A stretch of DNA of 64,000 bases, from assembly GCA_963666565.1 (NCBI GenBank), contig OY762911.1:2848001-2912000 (forward strand), in the 5' to 3' direction. This document shows positions 1 to 11,297 of the stretch, piece by piece (positions within the stretch are counted from its first letter, which is position 1; the number at the start of each line of letters is the position of its first letter). This DNA comes from Thermoanaerobaculia bacterium (GTDB lineage Bacteria; Acidobacteriota; Thermoanaerobaculia; Multivoradales; Multivoraceae). The notes beneath the pieces were generated by a model. It saw only the letters and a program-made list of their open reading frames with translations. It made no database searches and was not told the DNA's origin. Position numbers and translations under genes: made by a program.

Positions 1-1
1 G

Positions 2-871
2 CTGCTGTACCGCAACTCGCGGGTGCAGGACGTAGAGAACTACGGCAGCCTGCTGCGGCAGACGCTGTGCGAGCTGTCGCCGGGCGGCCGTCCCGACCCG
101 TGCCTGGCGCTGCTCACGCCCGGCACGTACAACTCGGCGTTCTACGAGCACATGTTCCTGGCCCACGAGATCGGCGCGGAGCTGGTCGAGGGGCAGGACC
201 TGCTGGTGAACGACGGCTTCGTCTACATGCGGACGACCTCGGGACTGCGGCGGGTCGACGTGATCTACCGCCGGATCGACGACGACTTCCTCGACCCGCT
301 CGTCTTCCGCGAGGACTCCCTGCTCGGCGTTCCCGGCCTGATGAACGCGTTCAAGCGCGGCAACGTCGCCTTGGCCAACGCTCCCGGCACCGGCGTCGCC
401 GACGACAAGAGCGTCTACGCCTACGTGCCGGACATGGTGCGCTACTACCTGGGCGAGGAGCCCCTGCTCCAGAACGTCGAGACCCGCCTCTGCCGCCGGC
501 CCGAGGACCTGGAGTACACCCTGGACAACCTGGAGAGCCTGGTGGTCAAGCGGGTCGGCGAGTCCGGCGGCTACGGCATGCTGGTCGGCCCCCACTCGAC
601 GCTGGAGGAGCGGGACGAGTACGCGAAGACGCTCCGGGCCGACCCGGCCGACTTCATCTCGCAGCCCACCCTGGCGCTTTCGCGGTCGCCCTGCCTGATC
701 GACGGCCGCGCCGAACCGCGCCACGTCGACCTGCGGCCCTTCGTGCTGACCGGGGCCGAGACCCGGATCGTCCCCGGAGCGTTCTGCCGGGTCGCGCTCC
801 GGCGCGGCAGCCTGGTCGTCAACTCGAGCCAGGGCGGCGGCGGCAAGGACCTCTGGGTGGTCGACCTGTAG
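2..871 (+). CDS. circularly permuted ATP-grasp type 2 protein (DUF404/407-like), 5'-partial
   Basis: Motifs LLTPGTYNSAFYEH, VDVIYRRIDDDFLDP, ANAPGTGVADDK, HVDLRPF, VVNSSQGGGGKD; the frame is open to the window edge. Confidence 0.9.
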   Translation: MLYRNSRVQDVENYGSLLRQTLCELSPGGRPDPCLALLTPGTYNSAFYEHMFLAHEIGAELVEGQDLLVNDGFVYMRTTSGLRRVDVIYRRIDDDFLDPLVFREDSLLGVPGLMNAFKRGNVALANAPGTGVADDKSVYAYVPDMVRYYLGEEPLLQNVETRLCRRPEDLEYTLDNLESLVVKRVGESGGYGMLVGPHSTLEERDEYAKTLRADPADFISQPTLALSRSPCLIDGRAEPRHVDLRPFVLTGAETRIVPGAFCRVALRRGSLVVNSSQGGGGKDLWVVDL

Positions 872-873
872 CA

Positions 874-1836
874 ATGCTCTCTCGCAGCGCCCAGGGCGTC
901 TACTGGATGGCCCGCTACCTGGCCAGGGCCGGCTATCTGAGCCGCCTGCTGGAGTTGCAGGTGCAGTTTCTGGTCGATCGCCCGGTGGACGAGATCCACT
1001 TCGGCTGGAAGCGGATCTACCGGTGCATGAAGCGGTTCCCGCCCTCGGGCGAGGAGTTCCTGGCGGAGGCGGACGAGTTTGCCCTGGCGGACGCCTTCAC
1101 GCTGGCGGACGACCTGACCTTCGAGCGGTCGAACCCGGACTCGGTGCGGAGCGCCCTGGCGCGCGGGCGCGAGAACGCCCGCCAGATGCGCCACTGCATC
1201 AGCGGCGAGATGTGGACCTGCCTGAACGCTGCCTGGCTGCGGATTCGCGATCTCGAGGCCGTCGACATCTGGAGGACGCCGGAGGTCTTCTACGCGAAGA
1301 CCCGCAGCGAGATCCACAACTTCGTCGGGGTCGCCGACGCGACGATGTACCGTGGCGCGGCCTGGCGGTTCATGCGCCTCGGCCGGGCCGTCGAGCGCGC
1401 GCAGCTCGCGGCGTCCCTGCTGCGCGCCCAGATGGAGCTCAGCCGGCGCGCGGAGCGCAGGACCCTGGGCTGGGCCAGCATGCTGCGGACCCACCATGCC
1501 CTGGAGGCCTACGGCCGCGTCTACGGCGCCGACATGCAGCCGGACCGGGTCCTGGACCTGCTGGTCGCCGACCCGTCCCTGCCCGGTTCCGTGCTCGCCA
1601 CCGTGCAGGCCGCGGCGACGGAACTCGCGGGTCTCGACGGCGGACCGGGCGTCGACGCCGACGCGGCCGCGCGTCGTTTGGCCGGAAGGGCGGAGGCGCT
1701 CATCCTCTACGACTGGCCCGAAGCCCCGGCGCCGGAGGAGCTGCTGGAGCAGGTCGATCGCTGCGTCCGCCGCCTTCACGACGCCGTGCTCGGCGCCTTC
1801 GTCGACTATCCGATCGAGGACTCTCCCTTGAGATGA
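874..1836 (+). CDS. alpha-E domain protein (DUF403)
   Basis: Starts MLSRSAQGVYWMARYLARA; ARGRENARQMR..ISGEMW and FMRLGRAVERA motifs; follows the ATP-grasp gene as is typical. Confidence 0.88.
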   Translation: MLSRSAQGVYWMARYLARAGYLSRLLELQVQFLVDRPVDEIHFGWKRIYRCMKRFPPSGEEFLAEADEFALADAFTLADDLTFERSNPDSVRSALARGRENARQMRHCISGEMWTCLNAAWLRIRDLEAVDIWRTPEVFYAKTRSEIHNFVGVADATMYRGAAWRFMRLGRAVERAQLAASLLRAQMELSRRAERRTLGWASMLRTHHALEAYGRVYGADMQPDRVLDLLVADPSLPGSVLATVQAAATELAGLDGGPGVDADAAARRLAGRAEALILYDWPEAPAPEELLEQVDRCVRRLHDAVLGAFVDYPIEDSPLR

Positions 1837-2789
1837 CTTCCGAAGCGACCCCGACTTCCGAAGGCACGCTCCGCTACGACGTCGAGCACCGGACGCGCTA
1901 CGAGTACTCGGAGAGCGTCGGCGGCTGCGTCCTGCTGCTCTGCCTGCGGCCGGCGCCGGCGCAGGGCCAGCGGGTGCGGCGGTTCGAGATCGAGACGACC
2001 CCGGCGGCTTCGCTGAGTCCGGAGCGGGACTGCTTCGGCAACCGGCTGCATGTCCTGAACCTCCATCGGCGCCACGCCGAGCTGGAGATCGTGTCGCGCT
2101 TCCGGGCGGAAGTGGCGGCGCCGCCGCGGCCGGAGGCGGCCGGCGGCTGGGAAGAGGTCCGAGCCCGCCGGCTGCTCCCGGAGTACTGGCACTGGGTCGA
2201 GCCGAGCGCGCGCACCCTGCCGACCCCCGCGTTGCGGGACTTCGTCCGTCGCGAGGGCCTCGAGCCGGGAGAGGACCCGATGGAGAGCCTGCTCGGCCTC
2301 TCCGGCCGGATCCGCGAGCGCTTCGAGTACGAACCGGGCAGCACCGCGGCCGATTCGCCCATCGAGCAACTGCTGGAGTCGGGCCGGGGCGTCTGCCAGG
2401 ACTACGCGCACCTGACGATCGCGATCGCCCGCGGCTGGGGCGTTCCCTCCCGCTACGTGTCCGGCTACTTCCACGGCACGGGGCAGGCGGGCGAGCGCGT
2501 GACCGCCGCGGCCGGTCACGCCTGGGTGGAGTTCTGGCTGCCGGGGTGCGGCTGGGTCGGCTTCGATCCGACGAACGGGACGCTCAGCGACCGCCGGCAC
2601 ATCCGGGTCGCCGCCGGCCGGGACTACCGCGACGTCTCTCCTGTGCGGGGGGTGTTCCAGGGCGCCGGGGATGCAAGGATAGCGGTCGATGTGATATTGA
2701 ATGCAATCGGTTCAGCGGAAAAGGCCGCGGCTCGGTTGGCGCGGAAGGAACTGCAAGAGGAGGCAGAAGAGGATGAACGTCCAGGTTGA
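1833..2789 (+). CDS. transglutaminase family protein
   Basis: YDVEHRTRYEYS N-terminus; catalytic GVCQDYAH, HAWVE and GFDPTN motifs; ATGA overlap with the upstream gene. Confidence 0.9.
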   Translation: MTSEATPTSEGTLRYDVEHRTRYEYSESVGGCVLLLCLRPAPAQGQRVRRFEIETTPAASLSPERDCFGNRLHVLNLHRRHAELEIVSRFRAEVAAPPRPEAAGGWEEVRARRLLPEYWHWVEPSARTLPTPALRDFVRREGLEPGEDPMESLLGLSGRIRERFEYEPGSTAADSPIEQLLESGRGVCQDYAHLTIAIARGWGVPSRYVSGYFHGTGQAGERVTAAAGHAWVEFWLPGCGWVGFDPTNGTLSDRRHIRVAAGRDYRDVSPVRGVFQGAGDARIAVDVILNAIGSAEKAAARLARKELQEEAEEDERPG

Positions 2790-3108
2790 GCATCACGACG
2801 GGGTTCTCGTGGCGAAGGTCGAGGGCCGCGTCGACAGCTCCAACTCCCAGGACTTCGAGCGCCAGCTTCAGGGGGCGATCGGCGAGGAGGTCAAGGCGGT
2901 CATCATGGACCTCGGCCAGCTCGCCTACATCAGCAGCGCCGGCCTGAGAGTCGTGCTGCTCGTCGCCAAGACCCTCGGCCAGCGGAACGTGAGCATCTCC
3001 CTCTGCGCGCTGAGCGATCCCGTGCAGTCGGTGTTCGAGATCAGCGGCTTCAACCGCATCATCCAGATCTACGACACGCAGGCCGACGCCCTGGCGGCCG
3101 CGGGGTAA
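2773..3108 (+). CDS. STAS-domain anti-sigma factor antagonist (RsbV/SpoIIAA-like)
   Basis: VEGRVDSSNS..DLGQLAYISSAGLRVVL including the phosphorylatable Ser; about 111 aa. Confidence 0.9.
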   Translation: MNVQVEHHDGVLVAKVEGRVDSSNSQDFERQLQGAIGEEVKAVIMDLGQLAYISSAGLRVVLLVAKTLGQRNVSISLCALSDPVQSVFEISGFNRIIQIYDTQADALAAAG

Positions 3109-3152
3109 GGGCCGGGGCAAGGGTCTCGAGTACGGAAGGGATGGTCGTCTAG

Positions 3153-4325
3153 ATGGGCGATCGGGACAATCCCGACTACCGGATCCTCGTCGTCGACGAC
3201 GAGCCGGATCTGGAGCGGCTGGTTCGCCAGCGGATGCGGCGCCATATCCGCCGGGGCAAGTACGGCTTCGAGTTCGCCGGCAACGGCGTCGAGGCGCTGG
3301 AGGTCCTTGCGGAGAACCAGGACATCGACATCGTCCTCTCGGACATCAACATGCCGAAGATGGACGGTCTGACCCTGTTGCAGCAGATCCCCGAGGTCAA
3401 CTCGGACCTCCGCTCGGTCATCGTCTCCGCCTACGGCGACATGGAGAACATCCGCACGGCCATGAACCGCGGCGCCTTCGACTTCGTCACCAAGCCGATC
3501 GACTTCACCGATCTGGAGGTCACGATCGAGCGGACGCTCAAGCACCTCGACGAGTGGCGCGCCGCCCTCGCCTCGCGCGACAAGCTGGTGGCGATCCAGA
3601 ACGAGCTCGACGTGGCGACGAAGATCCAGCAGTCCATCCTGCCGGACACGTTCCCCCACGTGGACGGGTGCGAGGTCTACGGCTGCATGCAGGCGGCCCG
3701 CAACGTCGGGGGCGACTTCTTCGACGTGATCCGGCTGGAGGGCGGGCGCATCGGCCTGACGGTGGCCGACGTCTCGGACAAGGGGGTGCCGGCGGCTCTG
3801 TTCATGATGTCGAGCCGCACCCTGCTCAAGGGGGCCGCGGTTGGCGTCGGCGAGCCCTCGGCGGTCCTGGGGGAAGTCAACGACCTGCTGAACGAGACGA
3901 ACGAGACGTCGATGTTCGTCACCGTGTTCTACGGCGTGTACGACCCCGCCAGCAGGCGGCTGACCTTCTCCAACGGCGGCCACAATCCGCCGCTGGTCGT
4001 TCACTCCGACGGGAGTTCGGAGGAACTGCGGTTGACCGGCGGCATCGCCCTCGGAGCGCTTCCCGGATTCGAGTACGGGCAGGCCAGCGTCGAACTGAGC
4101 CCCGGGGACCTGGTCGTCTTCTTCACCGACGGCGTGACCGAGGCGATCAACGTGGCGAACGAGGAGTTCGGCCTGGAGGCGGTCCAGGCGCTGTTCAGCG
4201 AGTCCGGGCCGCCGAGCGCCCGGGAGGCCGCCGAGACGATCCTCGACGCGGTGGAGACGTTCGCTGGCGAAGTGCCGCAGTTCGACGATCTCACCTGCAT
4301 GACGCTGAGGATCGCCGACGAGTGA
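3153..4325 (+). CDS. response regulator receiver + PP2C/SpoIIE phosphatase (RsbU/RsbP-like)
   Basis: REC motifs ILVVDDE, SDINMPKMDG, TKP; PP2C motifs VGGDFFD, ADVSDKG, FTDGVTEA, DDLT. Confidence 0.92.
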   Translation: MGDRDNPDYRILVVDDEPDLERLVRQRMRRHIRRGKYGFEFAGNGVEALEVLAENQDIDIVLSDINMPKMDGLTLLQQIPEVNSDLRSVIVSAYGDMENIRTAMNRGAFDFVTKPIDFTDLEVTIERTLKHLDEWRAALASRDKLVAIQNELDVATKIQQSILPDTFPHVDGCEVYGCMQAARNVGGDFFDVIRLEGGRIGLTVADVSDKGVPAALFMMSSRTLLKGAAVGVGEPSAVLGEVNDLLNETNETSMFVTVFYGVYDPASRRLTFSNGGHNPPLVVHSDGSSEELRLTGGIALGALPGFEYGQASVELSPGDLVVFFTDGVTEAINVANEEFGLEAVQALFSESGPPSAREAAETILDAVETFAGEVPQFDDLTCMTLRIADE

Positions 4326-4741
4326 CCGCCAACCTCCACCTGCGGGTTCGGAACCGGATCGAGGAGCTTCCGGGCGTGTCGGAGGCGGTGGAGGCGCTCG
4401 CCGAGGAGCAGGGCTGGGCGCAGGACGTGACCTACGCCGTCGTCCTCAGCCTGGAGGAGGTGGCGACGAACGTCGTGCGCCACGGCGGCGGCGAGCCCGG
4501 CGGCAGCGAGATCCAGATCGAGGTCCGGTCGAGCGACGACGAGGTCCGGGTCGAGGTCCGCGACGGCGGCAGGGCGTTCGATCCGTTCCACGAGGCGCCG
4601 GAGCCGGACGTCGATGCGAGCATCGAGGACAGGAAGATCGGCGGCCTCGGGGTCCACTTCGTCAAGATCCTGATGGACGAGACGGACTACAGCCGCGAGG
4701 ACGGCCGCAACCACGTGACCATGGTCAAGCGCCGGAATTGA
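4322..4741 (+). CDS. anti-sigma factor Ser/Thr kinase (RsbW-like HATPase_c_2)
   Basis: LEEVATNVVRHG, DGGRAFDP, GGLGVHFV; GTG start overlapping the upstream stop. Confidence 0.88.
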   Translation: MTANLHLRVRNRIEELPGVSEAVEALAEEQGWAQDVTYAVVLSLEEVATNVVRHGGGEPGGSEIQIEVRSSDDEVRVEVRDGGRAFDPFHEAPEPDVDASIEDRKIGGLGVHFVKILMDETDYSREDGRNHVTMVKRRN

Positions 4742-4753
4742 CTCCGGCCGACC

Positions 4754-5947
4754 ATGTCCGTTCGCAAGCAGACTGCCCGTAGCACCGCTGTCCTGGCCGC
4801 GTTGGCGGCGCTCGGGGCGGCCGGCACGGCGGCGGCGCAGCCGCCCGCGGCGCCGGGCGTGACGGCCGAGCGCGTCCTGTTCGGCCAGTCGGCGGCGTTC
4901 AACGGCCCCGCCGCCGAACTCGGACGGGGCATGCGCCTCGGCATCGAGGCGGCGTTCAGCGAGGTCAACGAAGCCGGCGGCGTGCATGGCCGCCGCCTGG
5001 AACTGCTGTCGCTGGACGACGGCTACGAGCCCGAGGGGGCGATCGGAAACACCCGGCGGCTGATCGAGGACGAGGGCGTCTTCGCGCTGATCGGCGGCGT
5101 CGGCACGCCGACCTCGCGCTCCGCCGTGCCGGTGGCCGCGGAGGCCGGCGTTCCCTACGTCGCTCCCTTCACCGGCGCGGGCTTCCTGCGGGAGGAGCCG
5201 AACGTCATCAACCTCCGCGCGTCCTACGCCCAGGAGACGGAGGAGATGGTGGCGCGGCTGACCGGCGATCTGGGCATCGAGCGGATCGCGGTCGTCATCC
5301 AGAACGACTCGTTCGGCCGCGCGGGCCTTGCCGGCGTCCGCGCCGCCTTCGATCGGCGGGGCATGGACCCGGTCGCGATCGGCGTGTACCCCCGGAACAC
5401 GACGGCCGTCAAGACGGCGCTGGTCGACATCGAGCTGGGCAGCCCGGAGGCGGTCATCGTGGTGGGCGCCTACCAGCCGGTCGCCAGCCTGGTCGCGTGG
5501 ACGCGGCGGCTCGGGCTCGACCCGGTCTTCATGACGCTGTCCTTCGTCGGCAGCAACGCCCTGGCCCAGGAGCTCGGGCCGGGCGGCGCCGGCGTCTACG
5601 TGACCCAGGTCGTGCCGTTCCCGACCGCAAGCAGACCGAGGATCGCCGCGACGTACCGGCGCGCGCTGCGCGCTCACGACGCGGGCGCGGCGCCCGGCTT
5701 CGTCTCCTTCGAGGGCTATCTCGCGGGCCGCCTGGCGATCGAGGCGCTCGAACGCTGCGGAGCGGAGGTCGACCGCGAGGGCTTCGTCCAGGCCCTGCGG
5801 GACGCCGGCGACATCGAGCTGGAAGGCTTCCGGCTCGCGTTCGGCGACGGCGACAACCAGGGATCGGACGCCGTGTTCCTGACCGTGATCGACGAGTCCG
5901 GCAGGTACCGTGCGGCGACCCGTCTCGTCCGCCCGGCGGCGCCGTGA
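4754..5947 (+). CDS. periplasmic binding protein, branched-chain amino acid (PBP1) type
   Basis: Signal peptide; [42 protein letters not shown]. Confidence 0.88.
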   Translation: MSVRKQTARSTAVLAALAALGAAGTAAAQPPAAPGVTAERVLFGQSAAFNGPAAELGRGMRLGIEAAFSEVNEAGGVHGRRLELLSLDDGYEPEGAIGNTRRLIEDEGVFALIGGVGTPTSRSAVPVAAEAGVPYVAPFTGAGFLREEPNVINLRASYAQETEEMVARLTGDLGIERIAVVIQNDSFGRAGLAGVRAAFDRRGMDPVAIGVYPRNTTAVKTALVDIELGSPEAVIVVGAYQPVASLVAWTRRLGLDPVFMTLSFVGSNALAQELGPGGAGVYVTQVVPFPTASRPRIAATYRRALRAHDAGAAPGFVSFEGYLAGRLAIEALERCGAEVDREGFVQALRDAGDIELEGFRLAFGDGDNQGSDAVFLTVIDESGRYRAATRLVRPAAP

Positions 5948-8135
5948 TCGACTGGTTCAGGAAGCTGGCCGAGGGCCGGTTCAGGATCGCCGCCCAGCTC
6001 TACGTGGGAATCGGCGGCGCGGCCGCGCTGACCCTGGCTGCCAGTCTCGTCGCCCTGCTCTCCTTCCAGCGGGTCGGCGATTCGCAGAGCCGCGTGAACG
6101 ACGGCACCGTGCCGGAACTCGCGGCCGCGTTCGGCGTCGCGCGAGGCAGCGGAATCCTCGTGGCGGCGGGCCCGCGGCTGACCGCCTCCGCGACGGAGGG
6201 CGACCTGGACCGGGCCTGGGTGGAGATCGCCCCCGCGCGCCGCGACTTCGAGGAGAGACTCGAGGAGCTGATCCGCCTGGTCGGCGAAGCGGGCGGATCG
6301 GTCCGGAGCGGGGACGAGTTCGAGACCGTGCAGGCGCGCGGCCGGGAACTGGCCGGCAACATCGAGGCGATTCAGCAGTCGGTCGCGGAGGGCTTTCAAC
6401 TCGGCCGGGCCAGCCGGGAGTTGCGCGGCGAACTCGGCGCCCTGCGGGGCGCGATCGCGGCCCTGCTGGTGCCGGCGCTCGACGACCAGTTGTTCTACGC
6501 GATGACCGGCCTCCGCTCCTTCGAGGAACCGCCCGCGCCGCGGGAGGTTCACTTCTCGGAAGCCGAGATCAACCGCTACCGGGTTCTCGTCGGGCTGCAG
6601 CAGGACATCACGATCGTCGATCAGCTCTTGGCCAGCGTCGCCCAGTTGACCGACAGGGCGTTGATCGAACCGCTCGAGGAGCAGTACGAGTCCGCCGCCA
6701 CGAGCATAGAGCGGGCCATCGGCGCGATCGACGAGACGGCGACCTCCGGGCGGTTGAAGGCGCTGTTCGAGCGGATGCTCGAGAAGAGCCGGGAGGCATT
6801 CGAGCTCAGGCGGCGCGAGGTCGCCGTGCTCGACCGGCAGCAGGCTCTCCTGGCGCAGAACCGCGAGCTGGCGCTGAGTCTGGGGCCGGACGTGGACGGC
6901 CTGGTCGCCGCGTCGCAGGCCCGCGCGCGGGCCGCAACGCTCGCCTCGTCCCAGGCGATCCGGACCGGCCGCGCCCTGCTGCTGGCGCTCAACGTTCTGA
7001 GCATCGCGGGCGCGATCTTCATCGGCTGGCTGTTCGTCGGCCGGCTGCTGGTGCGCCGTTTCGAGGCCCTCTCGAACAGCATGCGGGAGATGGCCGGCGG
7101 CAACCTGGAGGCCGAGATCGGCGTCGGCGGCAAGGACGAGGTCGCCGACATGGCGGCCGCCCTCGAGGTCTTCCGCCGCCACGCGCTCGAGGTGCAGCGC
7201 CTCAACCTGGTCGAGAAGCTGGCCGACGAGCTGAAGGACAAGAACGCGCAACTGGAGGTCGTGCTGGCGGACCTGCAGAAGGCGCAGGACCAGATCGTGA
7301 TGCGCGAGAAGCTCGCGGCGCTCGGCGAGTTGACCGCCGGCGTCGCCCACGAGATCAAGAACCCGCTGAACTTCGTCAAGAACTTCTCGGAGGTCTCCTC
7401 CGAACTCCTCGAGGAGGTCGACGAGATCATGAAGGAGAACGAGGACGGCAGCCTGAGCGAGGATCAGCGGGAGGAGATCGCCGAGATCTTCGAGGATCTG
7501 ACCGGCAACCTGAAGCTGATCCAGAACCACGGCGAGCGGGCCAACCGCATCGTCAACGACATGCTGAAGATGGGCCGGGGCGCCGCCGGCCGCGAGGAGG
7601 CCGACATCAACCGCCTGGTGGACGAGCACATCGGACTGGCCTACCACAGCGCGCGCGCCACCGACCCGAACTTCAACCTGACGATCGAGAAGGACTTCGA
7701 CCCGGATCTGGGGACTCTGGAGGTCGTGTCGCAGGACGTGGGCCGGGTGTTCCTCAACCTGGTGGGCAACGCCTGCTACGCCACGAACGAGAGGCGGCAG
7801 GGCACGGACGACGAGTCCTACGAGCCGACGCTGACGGTGACGACGCGGAAGATGGACGACGGCGTCGAAGTCCGCGTGCGGGACAACGGCAACGGCATCC
7901 CGCCCGACATCGTCGAGAAGATCTTCAACCCCTTCTTCACGACCAAGCCGACGGACGAGGGCACCGGCCTGGGCCTGGCGCTCTCCGCCGACATCGTGCG
8001 CCAGCACGGCGGCATGATCCGGGTCGACACGGTCCCGGGCGAGTTCACGGAGATGATCGTCGAACTGTCCGCCGCGCCTCCCGATCTGGACGACGTCGCC
8101 GCCGGAACCGGCGGGGCGGAAGAGGCCGGCGGCCG

Positions 8136-8139
<4 letters not shown>
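5944..8139 (+). CDS. membrane sensor histidine kinase (large periplasmic domain, HAMP, HisKA, HATPase)
   Basis: Two TM segments, HAMP ([16 protein letters not shown]), H-box [15 protein letters not shown] boxes NLVGNA, DNGNG, FFTTK, GTGLGL. Confidence 0.9.
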
Positions 8140-8882
<743 letters not shown>

Positions 8883-8911
8883 AGGCCCAGGGTGAAATCG
8901 GAAGCCGGACG

Positions 8912-11281
8912 ATGAGAGCCCTCGACCGCAAGCTGCTGCGCGACCTGTGGAACGTGAAGTCCCAGGTGCTGGCGATCGCCCTGGTCGTCGCGTCGGGCAT
9001 CGCGCTCCTGGTCATGGCGCAGGGAGTGTTCGGTTCGCTCCTGACGACCCGCGACGCCTACTACACCCGCTACGCCTTCGCCGACGTCTTCGCCGGCGCC
9101 AAGCGCGTCCCCAACTGGGTCGAGGAGCGCATCGCGGCGATCCCGGGAGTGGAGAAGGTCCAGACCCGGGTCGTGATGGGCGTCTCGCTCGACGTGCCCG
9201 GAGTCACGGATCCGGTCAACGGACGCCTGATCTCCCTGCCGGAGCGCGGCCGGCCGGCGCTCAACGACGTCGCTCTGCGGCGCGGACGGTTCCTGGACCC
9301 GGACCGGGCGGAGGAGGCTCTGGTCGGCGAGCGCTTCGCCGAAGCTCACGGCCTCGATCTGGGCGATCGCCTGTTCGCGGTGATCAACGGCCGCCGGCAG
9401 CCGCTTCTGATCGTCGGTGTCGCGCTCAGCCCCGAGTTCGTCTACGGCATCGGCCCGGGTGAGCTGTTCCCGGATCCGAAGCACTTCGGCTTCCTGTGGA
9501 TGACCCGGCGGCACCTGGCCACCGCGTTCGAGATGGAGGGCGGGTTCAACGACGTCGCGCTGGCGCTCGCGGACGGCCCGCCCAGCCTGGAGCGGGCGGC
9601 GATCGTCGAACTCGACGCGATTCTCGACCCGTACGGCGGTCTGGGGGCGATTCCGCGGGCGGAGCAGACCTCGAACTGGTACCTCCAGAACGAGCTGACC
9701 CAGCTCGAGAACATGGGGTTCCTCATACCCGTGATCTTCCTCGGCGTGGCCACGTTCCTGCTCAACGTGGTGCTGCGGCGAACGGTCGCGGTGCAGCGCG
9801 AACAGATCGCGGCGCTCAAGGCTCTGGGCTACTCGAACGTCCGGCTCGGCGTCCACTACGTGCAGTGGGCCGTCGTCGTGGTCGCCCTCGGCGCCCTGAT
9901 CGGGATCGGCGCCGGCCTACTGCTGGCCGAAGCGATGCTCGGCCTGTACATGGAGTACTTCCGCTTCCCTCTTCTGATCTACAACGTGTCGGCGGCGAGC
10001 ATCCTGATCGCCGTCGGGGTGAGTCTTGCCGCCGCGACGGTGGGCGCCCTGGGCGCGGTGCGCAGCGTCGTCGCGCTGCCGCCCGCCGAGGCGATGCGCC
10101 CGGCGGCGCCCGAGACGTTCCGGGTGTCCCTGTTCGAACGGCTGGGCGCCCGGCGATGGTTGTCGCAGCCGGCGCGGATGGTGCTCCGCAACCTGTCGCG
10201 GCGCCCGGTGCGCGCGGTCCTGTCGATCGTCGGCATCGCCTTCGCCGGCGCGATCATGGTCGTGGGCTGGGCGATGATGGACTCGATGGACGAACTGCTC
10301 GAGGTGCAGTTCAACATCGTCCAGCGCCAGGACCTGTCGGTGAGCTTCTTCGAACCGGTCGAACGGAGCGCGGCGCACGAGCTTGCGGCGCTCTCGGGCG
10401 TGCTCCAGGTGGAGCCGACGAACAGCGTCGCGGCGCGGTTGCGCAACGGCCACCTGCAGAAGCAGACCGCGATCCAGGCGCTGGCGCCCGACGCCAGATT
10501 GCGGCGCGTGGTCGATCTCGACTATCGCGCCATCCGGCTCGACCGGCCGGGTCTCGTGCTGTCCACGCTGCTGGCGGAGGAGTTGCAGGTCGAGCCGGGC
10601 GACAGGCTGACGGTCGAGATCATGGAAGACGGCAGGCCGGTGCGCGAGGTCGTGCTGGCCGACACCGTCGACGACCTGCTCGGCGTGACGGCGTACATGG
10701 AGCAGGAGTCGCTCCGGCGGCTGGTGCGGCGCGACGACACGATCAACGGCGCGATGCTGAAGATCGACGCGCTGGCCGAGGAGCGGCTCTACGGCCTGCT
10801 CAAGGCGATGCCGGCGGTGGCCGGCGTGACGCTGCGCAGCGCCGCACTGGAGAACCTGCAGACCTACATGCTCGACAACATGTCCATGATGATGAGCGTC
10901 AACCTGACCTTCGCGCTGATCATCGCCTTCGGCGTCATCTACAACACTGCGCGCATCTCCCTGTCCGAGACCAGCCGCGAACTTGCCAGCCTGCGGGTCA
11001 TCGGCTTCACCCGGGGCGAGATCTCCTCCATCCTGCTCGGCGAACTGGCGCTTCTGACCCTCGCCGCGATTCCGCTCGGTCTGATCCTGGGTTACGGGAT
11101 GATCACCGCCGCCATGGGCGCCTTCGAGAGCGAACTGTTCCGGCTGCCCGTGGTCGTCGAGGGAAGCACCTTCGTGGTCTCGGCGGCGGCGGTGACCGGG
11201 TCGATGGCGGTTTCCGCCTGGACCGTCCGGCGTAAGCTCCACGACCTGGACCTGGTCGCGGTGCTGAAGACCCGCGAGTAG
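8912..11281 (+). CDS. FtsX-like ABC permease (duplicated)
   Basis: MRALDRKLLRDLW start; two FtsX-type TM blocks (QREQIAALKALG, RELASLRVIGF). Confidence 0.88.
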   Translation: MRALDRKLLRDLWNVKSQVLAIALVVASGIALLVMAQGVFGSLLTTRDAYYTRYAFADVFAGAKRVPNWVEERIAAIPGVEKVQTRVVMGVSLDVPGVTDPVNGRLISLPERGRPALNDVALRRGRFLDPDRAEEALVGERFAEAHGLDLGDRLFAVINGRRQPLLIVGVALSPEFVYGIGPGELFPDPKHFGFLWMTRRHLATAFEMEGGFNDVALALADGPPSLERAAIVELDAILDPYGGLGAIPRAEQTSNWYLQNELTQLENMGFLIPVIFLGVATFLLNVVLRRTVAVQREQIAALKALGYSNVRLGVHYVQWAVVVVALGALIGIGAGLLLAEAMLGLYMEYFRFPLLIYNVSAASILIAVGVSLAAATVGALGAVRSVVALPPAEAMRPAAPETFRVSLFERLGARRWLSQPARMVLRNLSRRPVRAVLSIVGIAFAGAIMVVGWAMMDSMDELLEVQFNIVQRQDLSVSFFEPVERSAAHELAALSGVLQVEPTNSVAARLRNGHLQKQTAIQALAPDARLRRVVDLDYRAIRLDRPGLVLSTLLAEELQVEPGDRLTVEIMEDGRPVREVVLADTVDDLLGVTAYMEQESLRRLVRRDDTINGAMLKIDALAEERLYGLLKAMPAVAGVTLRSAALENLQTYMLDNMSMMMSVNLTFALIIAFGVIYNTARISLSETSRELASLRVIGFTRGEISSILLGELALLTLAAIPLGLILGYGMITAAMGAFESELFRLPVVVEGSTFVVSAAAVTGSMAVSAWTVRRKLHDLDLVAVLKTRE

Positions 11282-11297
11282 ACGGAACGAGGAAGCG

